The notes: a model not told the origin generated them from the letters alone. A stretch of DNA of 64,000 bases from Tubulanus polymorphus (GCF_964204645.1 NC_134036.1:1426001-1490000); one strand, 5' to 3'. Counted from the stretch's first letter, positions 48,448-61,862 are shown. Numbers and translations are program-made.

Positions 48448-51438
48448 TCAGTTGCGTAGGAACAGAGCATTGTTGATAATGTAGAAAACGATGACGAAAA
48501 CAAACGATGAAAATGACGACGTTGCCGACAAAAATGGAGGAGAACCGGAAGTCCCTGAGTTTTTACATTTTTCGTGCAATTCTGTAAACAAGAGAAAAAC
48601 GGAATTGATTACTACTAGCGACACCTAGCGGACTAGGATTAAGTAGAGACAACTAGGACACTTACCCAATGAGGCTGTAAGTTGAGGTATATAATAGTTC
48701 CAGAAGGCACATTGTTCAAACCGGGCCGCCTGGCCGGTTTTGGGGGACTCTTTTTTATTCCACAATACCACGTACTCTTTACCGTTTGTAGTATATTTAG
48801 GCCATTCGACCGACGCGTTTGCTTCGTCTGGCCTCGATTTGTTCGGGTCGCTGAAATGGAAAATTAAAGAAAAAAGAATTACTTTAATTTCAATTTTGTT
48901 CCGTTCGCAAAAGAATTAAGCCTTTTGTTTGTATGGTCACTAGGGGGCATTGAATAGCAGAGTTAGTTATATTTAACTGAAAAGTCGTAGCTCGTGACAT
49001 GTTCTTCGATTGTGGTCGGTTTCAAGGCTATTAGATCTTGTATATGGTCACCAGGGGGCGTTGAATAACATAATTCAATTTGAAGGTTGTAGCTCGTAAC
49101 ATGTTATATGATTGTGGCGAGTTCTGCGGTCATTGATTTTTGCATATGGTCACCAGGGGGCGTTGAATAACATAATAACGAATATTCAATTGGAAAGTTG
49201 GAGCTCATGACATTTTCTATGTTTGTGGTCGATGAGTGCCTTAAAAACGAATTTAAATTGTATTTAGAATACAGTATAACGATAGTTTACCCAGTCCTGG
49301 CGAAATTCGCCCAGAATTTCATCATTCGATTCGCGATGTTAATGTCAGCCTCTTTATAGCCTAAATTCGTGTTCAGAGGTAAACCGAATATGAATTCGAT
49401 TTCGTAACCGTGCATTACGCCCATCCACGTCGGCCACGGATTCTTAGACGATCTATGGAAAAATCTGCAAAATAAACAAGAGGAAAAAGGCTAAAAACAG
49501 ATTGAAAAGGACATTTAGAAAAAAAAACAATCGCAATGGAAACTTTCTTTTTTATTTCTTAGTTGAAATTTGAAAACGGAAAAGGAAATGTTTCTGATAG
49601 TTTCTATGTTATGTCTTTATGTATCTGCGTATTGCTGTTCTCTAGCTGTGAGGTGGGAGGGTGTTAACCAAGGTTCTATACTAGCTCCTCTATTGTTGGC
49701 GGCTGTTCTAATCACTCGCTCCACTCCCACTGGTCACGCAGCTGGTCACTGAACCGAACATGACACCACCAGAAGAACTAATCAGGACTCTGTCCGAGCA
49801 CAAGTGACCATAAGCGGCGCCGTGGCTTAGCGGTTAAAGCGCCTGTCTAGTAAACAGGAGATCCCCGGTTCAAATCCGGGCGGTGCCTTTATTTCCTTTA
49901 ATTTTTTAAAATCTTTTTCTGTTGGTTTTACGCACTTGGTTCGTTTTCGTGCATACGACATTATTGGGATTTTTTTATGGCTCATAATGGAAACAATCTT
50001 CCATTCGGGCTGAACCGGTTGGGAGGAGGATGTCCAACATGTACATGTGCATTTCAGTATGACGTTACATATAATTACCTGTACATGTACGCGTCCTGGT
50101 TATCCAACGCGTAGGAATCGAGTAAGGAATGAACCGGACAAATAAAATTAAAATCGCCGACAATATCGTCAACAATGTCGCGATACGAGCCGCTGTCGTT
50201 TGGCAACCACGAGCGAACGTATTCGAAATCTACGGCGTCGTTGAATAGCGTGCTGTTTGAACGTAACGCGAGTTTCAGCGCCTCCTCGTAGCCCTTACGG
50301 TCCCCCGTACTCGAACCGTCAAACGGGAATATGTGTTGCATTCCGTACATCATGAAATAGATACCTTCATCTTTGTTCGTGCCGGCCAGCACCGGACATT
50401 TTTTAAACTCTTTCGCTTTCATCGATTCTTCGGGCGTTTTTTCTATGAAATACCCGTCGACAACCGGCGATACGGGCAAGTCGAAAAAAAATGGAGAGGC
50501 CACTACCTCCCATTGGACGTTCGCCAGACGATCAGACGGAATCGTCTTCATGCAGGCGACCGTTTCGGCTCGCGTATCGCGATCGCATTTCACCAGTTTA
50601 GCGATACGAGTCGCGCGATCGATTTGGTCCTCTTTCGATCGCAAGGCGTACGGACTGGTGGCGCTAGAGCTCTGCATGATCGCTCGGTGAAATAGCGGTT
50701 TGGTCAACGGCGATATCAGGTGAAACGCTACGCTCGCTGCGCCTGCGCTCTCGCCGAATATCGTAATGCTGTTCGTATCGCCGCCGAAAGCTGCGATATT
50801 GTCCTTGACCCACTTTATCGCCACGTATTGATCCAACAATCCGTAGTTGCCAGGCGCCTCGTCACCTAGGTAATAAAACCCGAATATGCCTACTCGGTAT
50901 TGCATAGAGACGACAATGACATCTTGATTGGTGGTCAGGTAACTGGCGTCGTAAATTTTCAAGGTCGCCGTTCCGGAGTAGAATCCACCCCCGTAGATCC
51001 AAACCATCACCGGATATTTCTTCAGGGCAGTTTTAGCGTTCGCGGGCGTCCAGATGTTCAAATATAGACAGTCCTCGTGAACGGGCGTGTTCGGGTTCCA
51101 CATTTCGACACCAGGGAATCGTTCGTACATGTCGTCGGTGATTTGCATACACGAGTTCGGCTGCTTCGTCGCGTCTATCACGCCGGACCATTTCGGAATG
51201 GGCACCGGACGCTGGAATCGTAAATCGCCGACGGGCGGTTTGGCGAACGGGATTCCCAGAAACTGATCGACCGACGAGGGCATAAACTCGACGTTCTTAC
51301 GGGTACCGCGTACGGCGCCAGATGGCGTGTCGACCATGACATCATCGATAGCAGTTGCTAATGACGTCATCGACGCCAGCAGAAACCAAGCGCAAATGGC
51401 GCCTACCATCACGGATTTGCCGTTACCGTTGACGTCAC
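48448..51438 (-). CDS. ache: Acetylcholinesterase with a GPI-anchor-type (H) C-terminus; 4 coding exons
   Basis: Exons 51438-50079, 49464-49291, 48850-48666, 48581-48448 join in frame. Motifs: signal peptide from ATG at 51409, EMWNPN (W84), EDCLYLN, GGGFYSG, FGESAG (Ser), TNKDEG (Glu), [10 protein letters not shown] (His), [16 protein letters not shown]. The last exon [10 protein letters not shown]...[18 protein letters not shown] has a dimer Cys and hydrophobic tail. Confidence 0.93.
48930..49232. repeat. About 105-bp tandem repeat x3 in an AChE intron
   Basis: 'tatggtcac(t/c)agggggc(a/g)ttgaata...gtagctcgtgacat' recurs at about 48932, 49043 and 49145. Confidence 0.8.
49816..49888 (+). tRNA. 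trnT-AGT: tRNA-Thr(AGT), intronic and antisense to ache
   Basis: GGCGCCG/CGGTGCC acceptor stem, A box TGGCTTAGCGG, anticodon arm CCTGT-CTAGTAA-ACAGG, T arm CCCGG-TTCAAAT-CCGGG, followed by T-runs (Pol III terminator). Confidence 0.96.
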
Positions 51439-51816
51439 CTGAAACGACAGATTAATATCTAGAGTAAGGATTAGAATTTAAACTATGGATTAGTCCGATC
51501 TCGAAATTTTGTCGCCCATAGAATTTCCAACTTCATAATTTCTATAAATTTTTTTGCGTTACGTTACAACGTTTTTTGACGTTTCTTTTTTCTAAGATTT
51601 TTTCTCATATTCTTACGTTGGGATATATTGAATGACCACATTCTAGGAATACCACCACAGTTTGAGTTCAATCAGTTCTATCAGATCATTAGAAATATTG
51701 TTTTCTTTTTAGTTTTGAACTTGATATGCACTTGTTATATATAGGTAGGTCTTGATCCGGGGATTTCAGGAATCGTAAATTGCCCTCACAGCTTGGATTC
51801 GTTCACAGTCGGCGCC

Positions 51817-51927
51817 CTGCACCCAGTTTCACAAAAGAGATTAAGACCTAAATCGATTTGAGTAACTGAATTAACACAAAAATTAAGCTTGTTTAAGAAT
51901 TAAACCTTTTTTTGAAGCTGGGCCCAG
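51817..51927. mobile_element. Harbinger-like MITE (about 105 bp) upstream of the large ache exon
   Basis: ctg-cacccagtttcacaaaag ... cttttttttgaagctgggcc-cag: imperfect TIRs with CWG flanks. Confidence 0.6.
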
Positions 51928-53237
51928 GACGATAGGACGAATCCAAGTCGTAGCCGGGCAATTTCCGATCCGTAATACTAATGCGAACGATAAACTAAAG
52001 TAGCATGTCGACTGACTGATGATGGGTGACTGATGACGGATACACCATCTGTAACTCGGATGTTGAAACTGCCACATTGTCGCAATTACAGCTACAATAA
52101 TAGCGTCGATCGTGTGATAGTCTGTGTTTAAACCTGTCAATGTAAATATTATCATATCTCTCTATTTGACGCGTTACTCGCCGGTGATTCCCTATGATTC
52201 CTGCAGATTCTTTACGCTTTTATTGCCATACGTATGTAATATTTCTGTTAGGAGTAGTCAACCTTGATTAGTGCTCTCGGTATACCGATGAGATATACGT
52301 CACGAAACCAGGCACAACACTGTTGAACTACGCAATGGTTCGCGAGAGACGAGTTAGATATAAATCCAACAATTACGATATATCGAAAAGTCTTTTGAAA
52401 ATATCAAAACGTTTGAATTTATTGAAAAAACGAATTTTCGGTTTTTCACTATAAACCCTTTATCAAGGAAAATGAAAGGAAATTCGGATTTTTGATAGAT
52501 TTCAACATTTTGATATCTTTTAAAGACTTTTCGATACTTGTGAGATTTATATCTAACAACTCTTAAGATTGAACAAAACCCACAATGGACGATATAACGA
52601 TTTACACTTCCGCTTCCTCCCTGCCCGTGGATAAGATATCTTCGAATTTTTTATTTTTTTGTAAAATGTTTGGTGATGGTTTGTTTTTCGTAGGTGTTTT
52701 AACCTTGACCCCTTCCAACATTTCGCATAAACTCCTTCGTGCACGCAGTATCTCCTATTTCAATCTCGATATATCAAGTCGATATTGAGATGACGTAGGT
52801 CTCAGTGAGAGTGTGACGTCTTCTTAGTTGCGATCTCTATTTTTGTAGATTAAAGGAATCTCGTGTTTCGCTCCTATTGATCTTCGCGCGCATGCGCACA
52901 CGATCGCGTTTGATCGGCGAAACGAAAATAGAAAATTTCTCTATTTTTCGAGAACACGGTGAAATGTGAGACGGGCACAGGGGAGCGAGTGTCGTGGTGG
53001 ATATCATACCTAGGTCTTAACAAAACCGATCGATACTTCAACCTTCTGGTAACATTATATTCCACCATTCATTAGCGATACTCCCATAGAAGCAGATGAT
53101 ACATACTCGAGTTACAACTGTTAATATCTATGAAAAAAGAACACGTTCGACTTGACTTATAAAACCTGATCTGATATCAATACGCAGCCTGAAACCTGCA
53201 GCCTGTCAGATTAGAAAGATATTATATCAGCTGACCA

Positions 53238-53726
53238 GTTCAAAAACTGATCGTCCACACTTCACATGTATTCAGTGCTTCACCTGAGACATTTCTAATT
53301 GAAAATGAACTACAAACACCAGCCATTAGACATTTTATCACTTTCAAAAACTGATCGTCCACACTTCACATGTGTTCAATGCTTCACCTGAGACATTTCT
53401 AATTGAAAATGAACTACAAACACCAGACATTAGATATTTTATCAGCACAATTTCAAAAACTAATCGTCCACACTTCACATGTGTTCAGTGCTTCACCTGA
53501 GACATTTTTAATTGAAAATGAACTACAAACACCAGACATTAGACATTTTATCAGCACAATTTCAAAAACTGATCGTCCACACTTCACATGTGTTCAGTGC
53601 TTCACCTGAGACATTTCTAATCGAAAATGAACTACAAACACCAGACACGAGACATTTTATCAGCACACTTTTCATAAACTGATCGTCCACACTTCACATG
53701 TGTTCAGTGCTTCACCTGAGACATTT
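53238..53726. repeat. About 109-bp tandem repeat x4.5
   Basis: Unit 'ttcaaaaactgatcgtccacacttcacatgtgttcagtgcttcacctgagacatttctaattgaaaatgaactacaaacaccagacattagacattttatcagcaca'. Confidence 0.92.
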
Positions 53727-56700
53727 TAATTAAAAAAAACCACCCGGTTCATTCAGTAAATTTTCACTCATTCCTAACTTGACAATTCAACAAATAAATG
53801 TAGTAAACAAAATAGTTTCTTACCCAACATGATTTAGATCACAGGATATCTTTAGTATCTGGTGTCGTCTCGATCTGTAGACGGCCAGAAATTACAACAG
53901 GTCGAACTTGTACTGGTCTTTAAATACATTTCTGGGACAAACTCGTTTATTTTATTCATAGCTCGATAAACTAAATATATCGTCCTTTTCATAGACAACG
54001 CCGAACTAAAGAAAGACTCAATGTGTATCATAAATGACATTATTAAATGTTTTATGTTTTCGATTTATTATTCCATTCATTTGACAGTATATTTTTGTAG
54101 ACCAGGGGCTCTAGAATTCAAGGGTGATGGAAGTTCCAGGGCTCCATGATTCGCATCACAAAAAAACCGGTTTTGCCCAGAACTATTGAAACGAACTCGA
54201 TATAAGTCTAGTTTGTTGTGTAGTATATATAGTCTGTTTCTAATTATGTAAGGTTATATATTTTCCACTTTTAATGATTTTGCATTTTCTATTCATAGAA
54301 CATCTTTTGTTATTCATTTTTTCGTTTCATTATTAGGACGCGGATTTCTATGTTATTGGCCTTTTGACATTTTTCCAAAATAGTTACACATTCACTATAA
54401 TACAATAGGGATACTTAGAATTAATTTCATAATTAAGATTTTGGGCATTTACTAGAACGGCCTCCATGTACACATTCAGACGTAATGAATAGATTATAAT
54501 ATCAATATCCACGAAAGTTAAAAGACAAAAAAATTGTTTATCAAGAATTAAAATAAAAATCGCAGTTATTGAATGCACCACTAGGAAGTAAAATTTCTTT
54601 TTTTTAGATAATTAATCGTTTCAATTTTCTTGAATATTTACACATTTAACACATCAACAACGATGGTCTTTAATGAGAAAGCTTATTATTTCTACTTAGA
54701 AATAAACTTGTGATAAAATTCTAGTCATTTAGTAGAACAGCCGCAATGTATACAATCAGGGGTAGAGAATAGATTAAAGTATTAAAAATCCGCTAAAATT
54801 AAAAAATCTAAAAAAAGAGAAATATGTATTTATGGCATTCACTCATAGGAAGTTTTCATTTTAATCTCTAATCTTGGAGGTCAACCGTTAATCTCCAATA
54901 AAACAATAGTCCTGCTGGAATGACCCCTGGGCCCGGTTTCATGGACAAGTTTTTAACCAAAATATCTGCCTGAACTGACGAGCTCGTGTTCAACTTCCGG
55001 CGTCATTTCAAAATCCTAAAAAGAAACATGTCCACGCCCAACTTTTAGCAGTAAAAATCTCTCTATCGAAAAGCGAATGAATAATCATACCCTTAGAAAA
55101 TGATAATAAGAAAAGAAACGTACCCAAAGATAAAGACTGAAATAAATCCACCGCTGGAATGTGAGGTCCAACTATTTCTACGCAAATTCGGCGAATGAAT
55201 TTATTAAGATGCTGAACTCGCTTTAAATTCGTGCGAACCGCTTCCGTTAAAAATTACATCAGATACGACGTGTCGAAATTAACATTTAGCGATTAGAAAG
55301 ATTTAGAACAAGGCCGAACGGGGACGGCGCGACCTCCAACAATTCGCATACGTTTAAACTACATTTTATAGTATCAAAATTGATGTCCTATATATGGTGC
55401 CAAACTTTAGGCTAGAAAAAATGATACTTTGTTTCTCATCATATCTGTTGAGTTAAAAAGTTGACCCGGCCGGCCGCCTATCTACCCTGCACATTACTTT
55501 TTTTTAAATCGATATCAAGCTAACAATAACAACCCGACAGTTATAGAAATGAACTGATTATAAATTTTATTGCTGATAACAAAAATGACCTCGCCAATAC
55601 GTAGAACACTATAAATCGATATCAATCTAACACTATATAACAGACCCGGCAGTTATAGAAATGAACCGATTAAAAATACTACTCAGGCCAGCGAAAAACC
55701 AACAGATATTTGAATGAATGAATTTCATCTCTCAATGAATATTCAATACGGAAGGATCACAACCCCTAGAAAATAATGTACTAGGGCTACTTGGTTCATT
55801 ATATAGGATATTATAGGATATTGGCCTATTCGAAATGGCTGTAATTATTATTGATTTTTTAAATTAATTATTATTTAATAATATAAGTTTTCTAAATTGA
55901 GTACAAATTGGATAATCAAAACATTGATTTGCAAATGGAGTCTTAAAAATGATTTTTATTATTTGTGATTTTATCGTTTAATAGGTAATTTTACTCTTAA
56001 CCTCAGAGTTTTAGGATGTTCAAGGTGCACCTATTTTAATTTTACTCACAACTCAGCCAAAATATCTTTATCTATGAGAAAATATCATTATCAAACATTC
56101 CTCAAGTCTGGAGACTCATTTCCATTTTCGAAAACATTTTTTTTTCAAAATCGTAATAAAAGAGATCAATGGCGACTATGTTAAAAAATGTGACAGGCGT
56201 TTCTAAAAGATCTGATGACAATTTGTAGAGTTTGTGAATGATATAAGGTTCTTGGAACAAATCCAAGGTTAACATTGTTTCAGTAGTTATTCCGCAAATA
56301 CAACAATAGATTATTTCATTTCTAAAGTCTACAATTTGTCTACGATAAAGAAAATAAAAATATTTCATGGACAACTCAAACAGAACTGGTTTTCTAGATA
56401 ATGAAAAAAAGGGAAAAAATATTTGACATTTACAATCGGGACAAAATGATTAATATCCCCAGGTTGTGACAATGAGCTGCTCAATTCAATACCCGGTAAT
56501 AAAAATTCCCACCTTAAAGAATAAAACGTGATATAAATTCTTTTCGCTGACTTGAAAAGTTAAACTTGTGTCATAGATGAGAGCGGTCAGTGGCAAGTGA
56601 GTTTAAAATGTAGTCTCCTGATGGAAATCTAAACTGTCTTTCTAGAATAAAGTCTTCTAAATATGTTTCAATGTCGCGCCCTTTATCCCTACAGACGAAA

Positions 56701-56810
56701 ATATTGATACTTTGTTTCTCTCATTTCTGCTGAGCTTAAAATTTTACCCGGCCGCCTGTCTATCCTGTACATAACTGTACTTGAAAATCATGATCAAGCT
56801 AAACTATAGA

Positions 56811-57182
56811 ACCGAGAAGCCCAGGACTCATGTTCCACATCTACGAGTTGACTTTGCTTCCTAGGAGTTGAAATTAGTTCATTTTCAATGAATTCAACTC
56901 TTAAGGGGCAAAGTCAACTCTAATCTTTGGAACCGAGAAGCCCAGGACTCATGTTCCACATCTACGAGTTGACTTTGCTTCCTAGGAGTGGAAATTAGTT
57001 CATTTTCAATGAATTCAACTCTTAAGGGGCAAAGTCAACTCTAATCTTTGGAACCGCGAAGCCCAGGACTCATGTTCCATATCTACGAGTTGACTTTGCT
57101 TTCTAGGAGCTGAAATTAATTCATTTTCAATTACTTCAACTCTTAAGGGGCAAAGTCAACTCTAAACTATGGATCCGGGCCC
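56811..57182. repeat. 119-bp tandem repeat x3 derived from a Harbinger-like MITE, nested in a TA-family MITE
   Basis: Unit 'accgagaagcccaggactcatgttccacatctacgagttgac...gtcaactctaatctttgga'. Termini and core resemble 58211-58326. Confidence 0.8.
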
Positions 57183-58210
57183 AATGACGAGTGAGATAAG
57201 GATAAAAAACTGATATATTGTTTCTCTCATTTCTGCTGGGCTTAAAAGTTGACACGACCGACCGCCATTCTACCCTGTGCATTACTTAAAAAAATCATGA
57301 TCAGGCTAACAATAATAATAACAGACCCGGCAGTTATAGAAATGAACTGATTGCAAATTTTATTATATTTGACAAAAGTGATCCAGCCGATTATTGAGAA
57401 ACAAGATATCATTTTATATCAGCCTTAATAGAAAAACGTGGCTCAAAGTATCGGAAATATTTACACCGTATTCGTCTGCTGGTGATCATAGAAACAGCGA
57501 AAACAGAATATGAAAATTAGGTCGATCATAAGAAACAAGGCATGAATTTCTAAAGCCTAAATATCTATATCAAACTTGCATCACAAACGAAGTATAAACG
57601 TTTTTAAATATGAATGACCTTCCTAAAAAAAGTGTTTCAAGGACCTTCGTGCAGTACGTACGCATTACCCTAGATATCCGACTCCAAACGAATTTCTTTT
57701 CAAATTGCAAAAAATTGACGCGCGATGTCTTGATTCCTAAAAGTAGGTCTAGTTCTAATTGTCGGTTCTTTTTATCCAACATATCCGAAATTCGGGCCAA
57801 ACTTCAAGGTTTATTCATGTTATCGACGTGGTTAGAGTAATTAATAATTAATTACTCTCAATCGACCTCGTCCGTCAGAATTTACGTGTATAATTACCCG
57901 CTGGCCTAGTGTTGTCACAATCTCCCTTCCCTTATAATTCTTGTATAATTCTGTGATATAATTCTTGTCTTGTAAATCATGATTTATGTATCAAAATTGA
58001 TGTCGTCCTAAATATGATACCAAACCTTAGGCTAGAAAAAATGATACCTTGTTTCTCTCATTTTTGCTGAGTTTAAAAGTTGACTCGGCCACCCGCCTAT
58101 CTACCTTGTACATAACTTTTCTTTTGAAATCACGATCAAGCTAACAATAACAGACCCGGCTGTTTTAGAAATGAACTGATTACAAATCTAATTGCAGTTT
58201 AAACAATGAC

Positions 58211-58326
58211 CCAGGACCCAGTTCCACAGTCGTGAGTTAGGGTTAACTCTGGGTTAAAATAAGTTCATTTCCAATGATTTAACTCTGAGTCAAATCTTAA
58301 CACAGAACTGTGGAACTGGGTCCTGG
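58211..58326. mobile_element. Harbinger-like MITE nested in the TA-family MITE at 58045-58347
   Basis: ccaggacccagttccacagt / actgtggaactgggtcctgg form a perfect 20-bp inverted repeat. Confidence 0.85.
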
Positions 58327-59198
58327 TCGATTAGGAGAAGCAAGGCATCATTTTATCTTAGCCTTATTACGAATCGTGCAAAGTTTCATTCCAAAATTCG
58401 GTGTAAAATTATGAAATATATTTGTAACTTTATTGAAACTAAGTCCTCACAACGGAAGGGATAGCCTGCTATGCATAACATGGATTACAATATTTCAAAA
58501 ATCTTTTTAATGGGCGACCTTACGACGGAAAGGTAGGTAAATTAGCTGAAATGGATTGTAGTTACTGGACAGATGGATGGACGAAGGAAATGGAGGAATT
58601 TGCCACCGTTGTCAAATGATATCGGCGACAATTTCATCTATTTCGTGGACTAGGCTTGAATTGAATCCCCCCTGTCTCTCCTAATTGACCGCAGGTTGTT
58701 TTTGTAAACCGCAATAAAATTTGTAATCAGTTCATTTCTATAACTGCCTATAACCACAAATAAAACAAAGAAAAAAAAACATCAAAATATCATTTCCTTA
58801 CTCCTGGTTTCTGTTCGTCGAGGCGTCGTTAGTGTGAGGCTTGATTTTTTTCACGCTCCGAAGATAAATGATAAAACGATAATAAATGTTTGAACAGCAG
58901 GTAAAGTGGTGATTATCGAAAGTCGTGTTACTTCAAGCGTGACTTCTGCTGTGGTCGGAGAACACTGGCCGCTAATCGCGACTCTTTTGTGAAATAGATT
59001 GCAAATTGTCAGGGCATCATTTGTTTAACTATTGTTCTAATGATATTGTGTTGTGTGTTTAACCATAATATCATAGAGCCCCATATACAGTGGACCAACA
59101 AGAAAATATTTAAATAGAAATCTCAAGATCTGAAATTATAATTAATATAATTACAATTTGCAGGCTGAATACCTCCTCCATCTTGGCCTGAATGGAAA

Positions 59199-59518
59199 TG
59201 AGACATTTCTAATTGAAAATGAACTACAAACACCAGATATTAGACATTTTATCAGCACACTTTCAAAAACTGATCGTTCACACTTCACATGTGTTCAGTG
59301 CTTCATCTGAGACATTTCTAATTGAAAATGAACTACAAACTCCAGATATTAGACATTTTATCAGCACACTTTCCAAACTGATCGTCCACACTTCACGTGT
59401 GTTCAGTGCTTCATCTGAGACATTTCTAATTGAAAATGAACTACAAACTCCAGATATTAGACATTTTATCAGCACACTTTCCAAAATGATCGTCCACACT
59501 TTACAACATGTGTTCAGA
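59199..59518. repeat. Second array of the 109-bp tandem repeat (x3)
   Basis: Same unit as 53238-53726. Confidence 0.9.
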
Positions 59519-60240
59519 TTAGACTCAATCAATTTTCTAAACGGATGCTTTGCATTTTTATCGTCAAACTTAAGCCCACAATATTTCTTATCGTGTGTCC
59601 TACTATCGTCTGATGTCTGCAAACGGATTTTCCGATTCATTGCCGTTTTGAGTGATGGCTTTTTTCCTCTCTCTCTTTCTCTCAACGTCTGTTATTGTTG
59701 TTGTTAATGGTAACCGTGTGTAACAATTCTTTCCGTTACGTACAATTTAAACTTTGCGCACCTGTTAATTCAATTACTGCTTAATGTCAACGCGCATGCG
59801 CGTAATTATCACATATCGCCGGAAATAACTTCCATTACGAGAAAAATGTAAAAGGAAGAAAAAGAAAATAAAAAAAATGAATTCGTAAGTTGCGAAATGT
59901 TGTGAATTTAACTGTAAATAGTATCGGCTTAATCCTAATCCGCAGTTCATTTCACGGATAATCCTCGATAATCCGTCACGGATTACGAAGTTGTTAATCC
60001 CGGCTTATCGCCGTTGCCGTCAGGCAGTTCGGAATCAGGTGGTGGATTTTCGAGTACAGTTTCACTGACGATTTCAACCGCAAAGTTAAATCGTTATAGA
60101 AGCATTTTTAGTCCATGACTCGGGAATGGGAGGGAAGGGATGTTCAGACTGGCGTATGAATAACTCTATGGGTAACACCCAAATCTCCTGATAGAAACGC
60201 GAAGTCTTATGAAACCTCTAGTGAATTCTATGGGTTCCTG

Positions 60241-61031
60241 CAAAATCAATTAGTAATTTTTGAAGCCTTATGGCTGGGATGCAAGACTGGTTAACCACCA
60301 TGGAAGCATTTGGTTTCCTAAAAAATCAATTAGTAATTTTTCTAAGCCTTATGGGTGGGATACAAGACTGGTTAACCACCATGGAAGCATTTGGTTTCCT
60401 AAAAAGTTAATTTCTAATTTTCCTGAGCCTTATGGCTGGGATGCAAGACTGGTTAACCACCATGGAAGCATTTGGTTTCCTAAAAAATCAATTAGTAATT
60501 TTTCTAAGCCTTATGGCTGGGATGCAAGACTGGTTAACCACCATGGAAGCATTTGGTTTCCTAAAAAGTTAATTTCTAATTTTCCTGAGCCTTATGGCTG
60601 GGATGCAAGACTGGTTAACCACCATGGAAGCATTTGGTTTCCTAAAAAGTTAATTTCTAATTTTCGTAAGCCTTATGGCTGGGATGCAAGACTGGTTAAC
60701 CACCATGGAAGCATTTGGTTTCCTAAAAAATTAATTTCTAATTTTCCTAAGCCTTATGGCTGGGATGCAAATCTGCTTAACCACCAGGGAAGCATTTGGG
60801 TTCCTAAAAAATCAATTAGTAATTTTTCTAAGCCTTATGGCTGGGATGCAAGACTGGTTAACCACCAGGGAAGCATTTGGGTTCCTAAAAAAATAATTTC
60901 TAATTTTTCTAAGCCTTATGGCTGGGATGCAAGACTGGTTAACCACCAGGAAAGCATTTGGTTTCCTAAAAAATTAATTTCTAATTTTTCTAAGCCTTAT
61001 GGCTGGGACGCAAGACTGGTTAACCACCAGG
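60241..61031. repeat. 78-bp minisatellite x10
   Basis: Unit 'aagccttatggctgggatgcaagactggttaaccaccatggaagcatttggtttcctaaaaaatcaattagtaatttttct'; no indels seen. Confidence 0.95.
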
Positions 61032-61596
61032 GTAACCTAAAAGGTATTGAAAAGTTAATAGATTTTTTTCGTAAAGTTGAACATGAATCCTGTAATTGCT
61101 GTAATGAACAATTTGTTGAACCGCTATCGAAGCCTATGCGTCGGTATAGCACGTAACATTAACGATGAACCTCATCTTTAGAAAATAAGGTCTCCTATCA
61201 TATTTTTATATCGAGTGCGAGTTTACACGAGATCAGTTGCCCGTGGAATTTATTACGGGAAGTTTATTTTGAAAATAATGTCAGCTATTTGATATATACA
61301 CATATACACACACACACACGCGCGCGCTACTCCCGGTGTAACGGTTTATACTCTATACTCGGGGGAGTTAAATCAACTCCAGGACTAAAGAACGTTTAGT
61401 GATAGTTTACTCTTTGGGGAATAAGTCGACACGCAACGTCTTGAGAAGGGTTTCGGTTTAAAACGGTGTCCACGTGCAAGGCTTACGGTCCATTTTGTTT
61501 TAAAAAGTTTCGATACGGAACCAAGAGGCAGCTTTATAAACAATATTAATCTAGGTTTCATTGCACCTGCGTTCAGAGTTAAATGCGAACTTTCCT

Positions 61597-61862
61597 ATCA
61601 GAAAGGTTCCTTTGAAGGGAACTTCCCAAGTCGACATCCATCAGAAACGTTCCTTTGAGGGTAACCTCCCAAGTCGACATCCATCAGACACGTTCTCTTG
61701 AGGAGAAAGTCCCTAGTCCACACCCATCGTGAACGTTCCTTTGAGGGAACTTCCCAAGTCCACACCCATCTTAATGTTCCTTTAAGGGGTACTTCCCTAG
61801 TCCACACACATCAGAAACGTTCCTTTGAAATCTACACCCAAAAAGGTTCCTTTGAGGAACTT
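61597..61862. repeat. About 43-bp degenerate tandem repeat x6
   Basis: 'catcagaaacgttcctttgagggaacttcccaagtc(g/c)acacc' recurs. Confidence 0.85.

Noticed and set aside
49625-49770. Possible H/ACA snoRNA or structured RNA upstream of the tRNA (ATACTA and ACA boxes, short inverted repeats)
   Set aside because: Could not build two convincing hairpins by eye; an Infernal/snoReport scan would be needed.
50333-50695. Plus-strand ORFs of 105-120 aa
   Set aside because: Antisense to the large AChE exon.
51883-52155. Minus-strand 90-aa ORF as an upstream coding exon of ache
   Set aside because: It has an acceptor but runs into a MITE with no clear in-frame donor; the main exon already has its own signal peptide.
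59213-59707. 164-aa and 135-aa ORFs (also 53403-53609)
   Set aside because: Products of the 109-bp tandem repeat, whose length is not consistently a multiple of 3.
60241-61862. CRISPR-like appearance of regular repeats
   Set aside because: Head-to-tail repeats without unique spacers, eukaryotic context, no cas genes.
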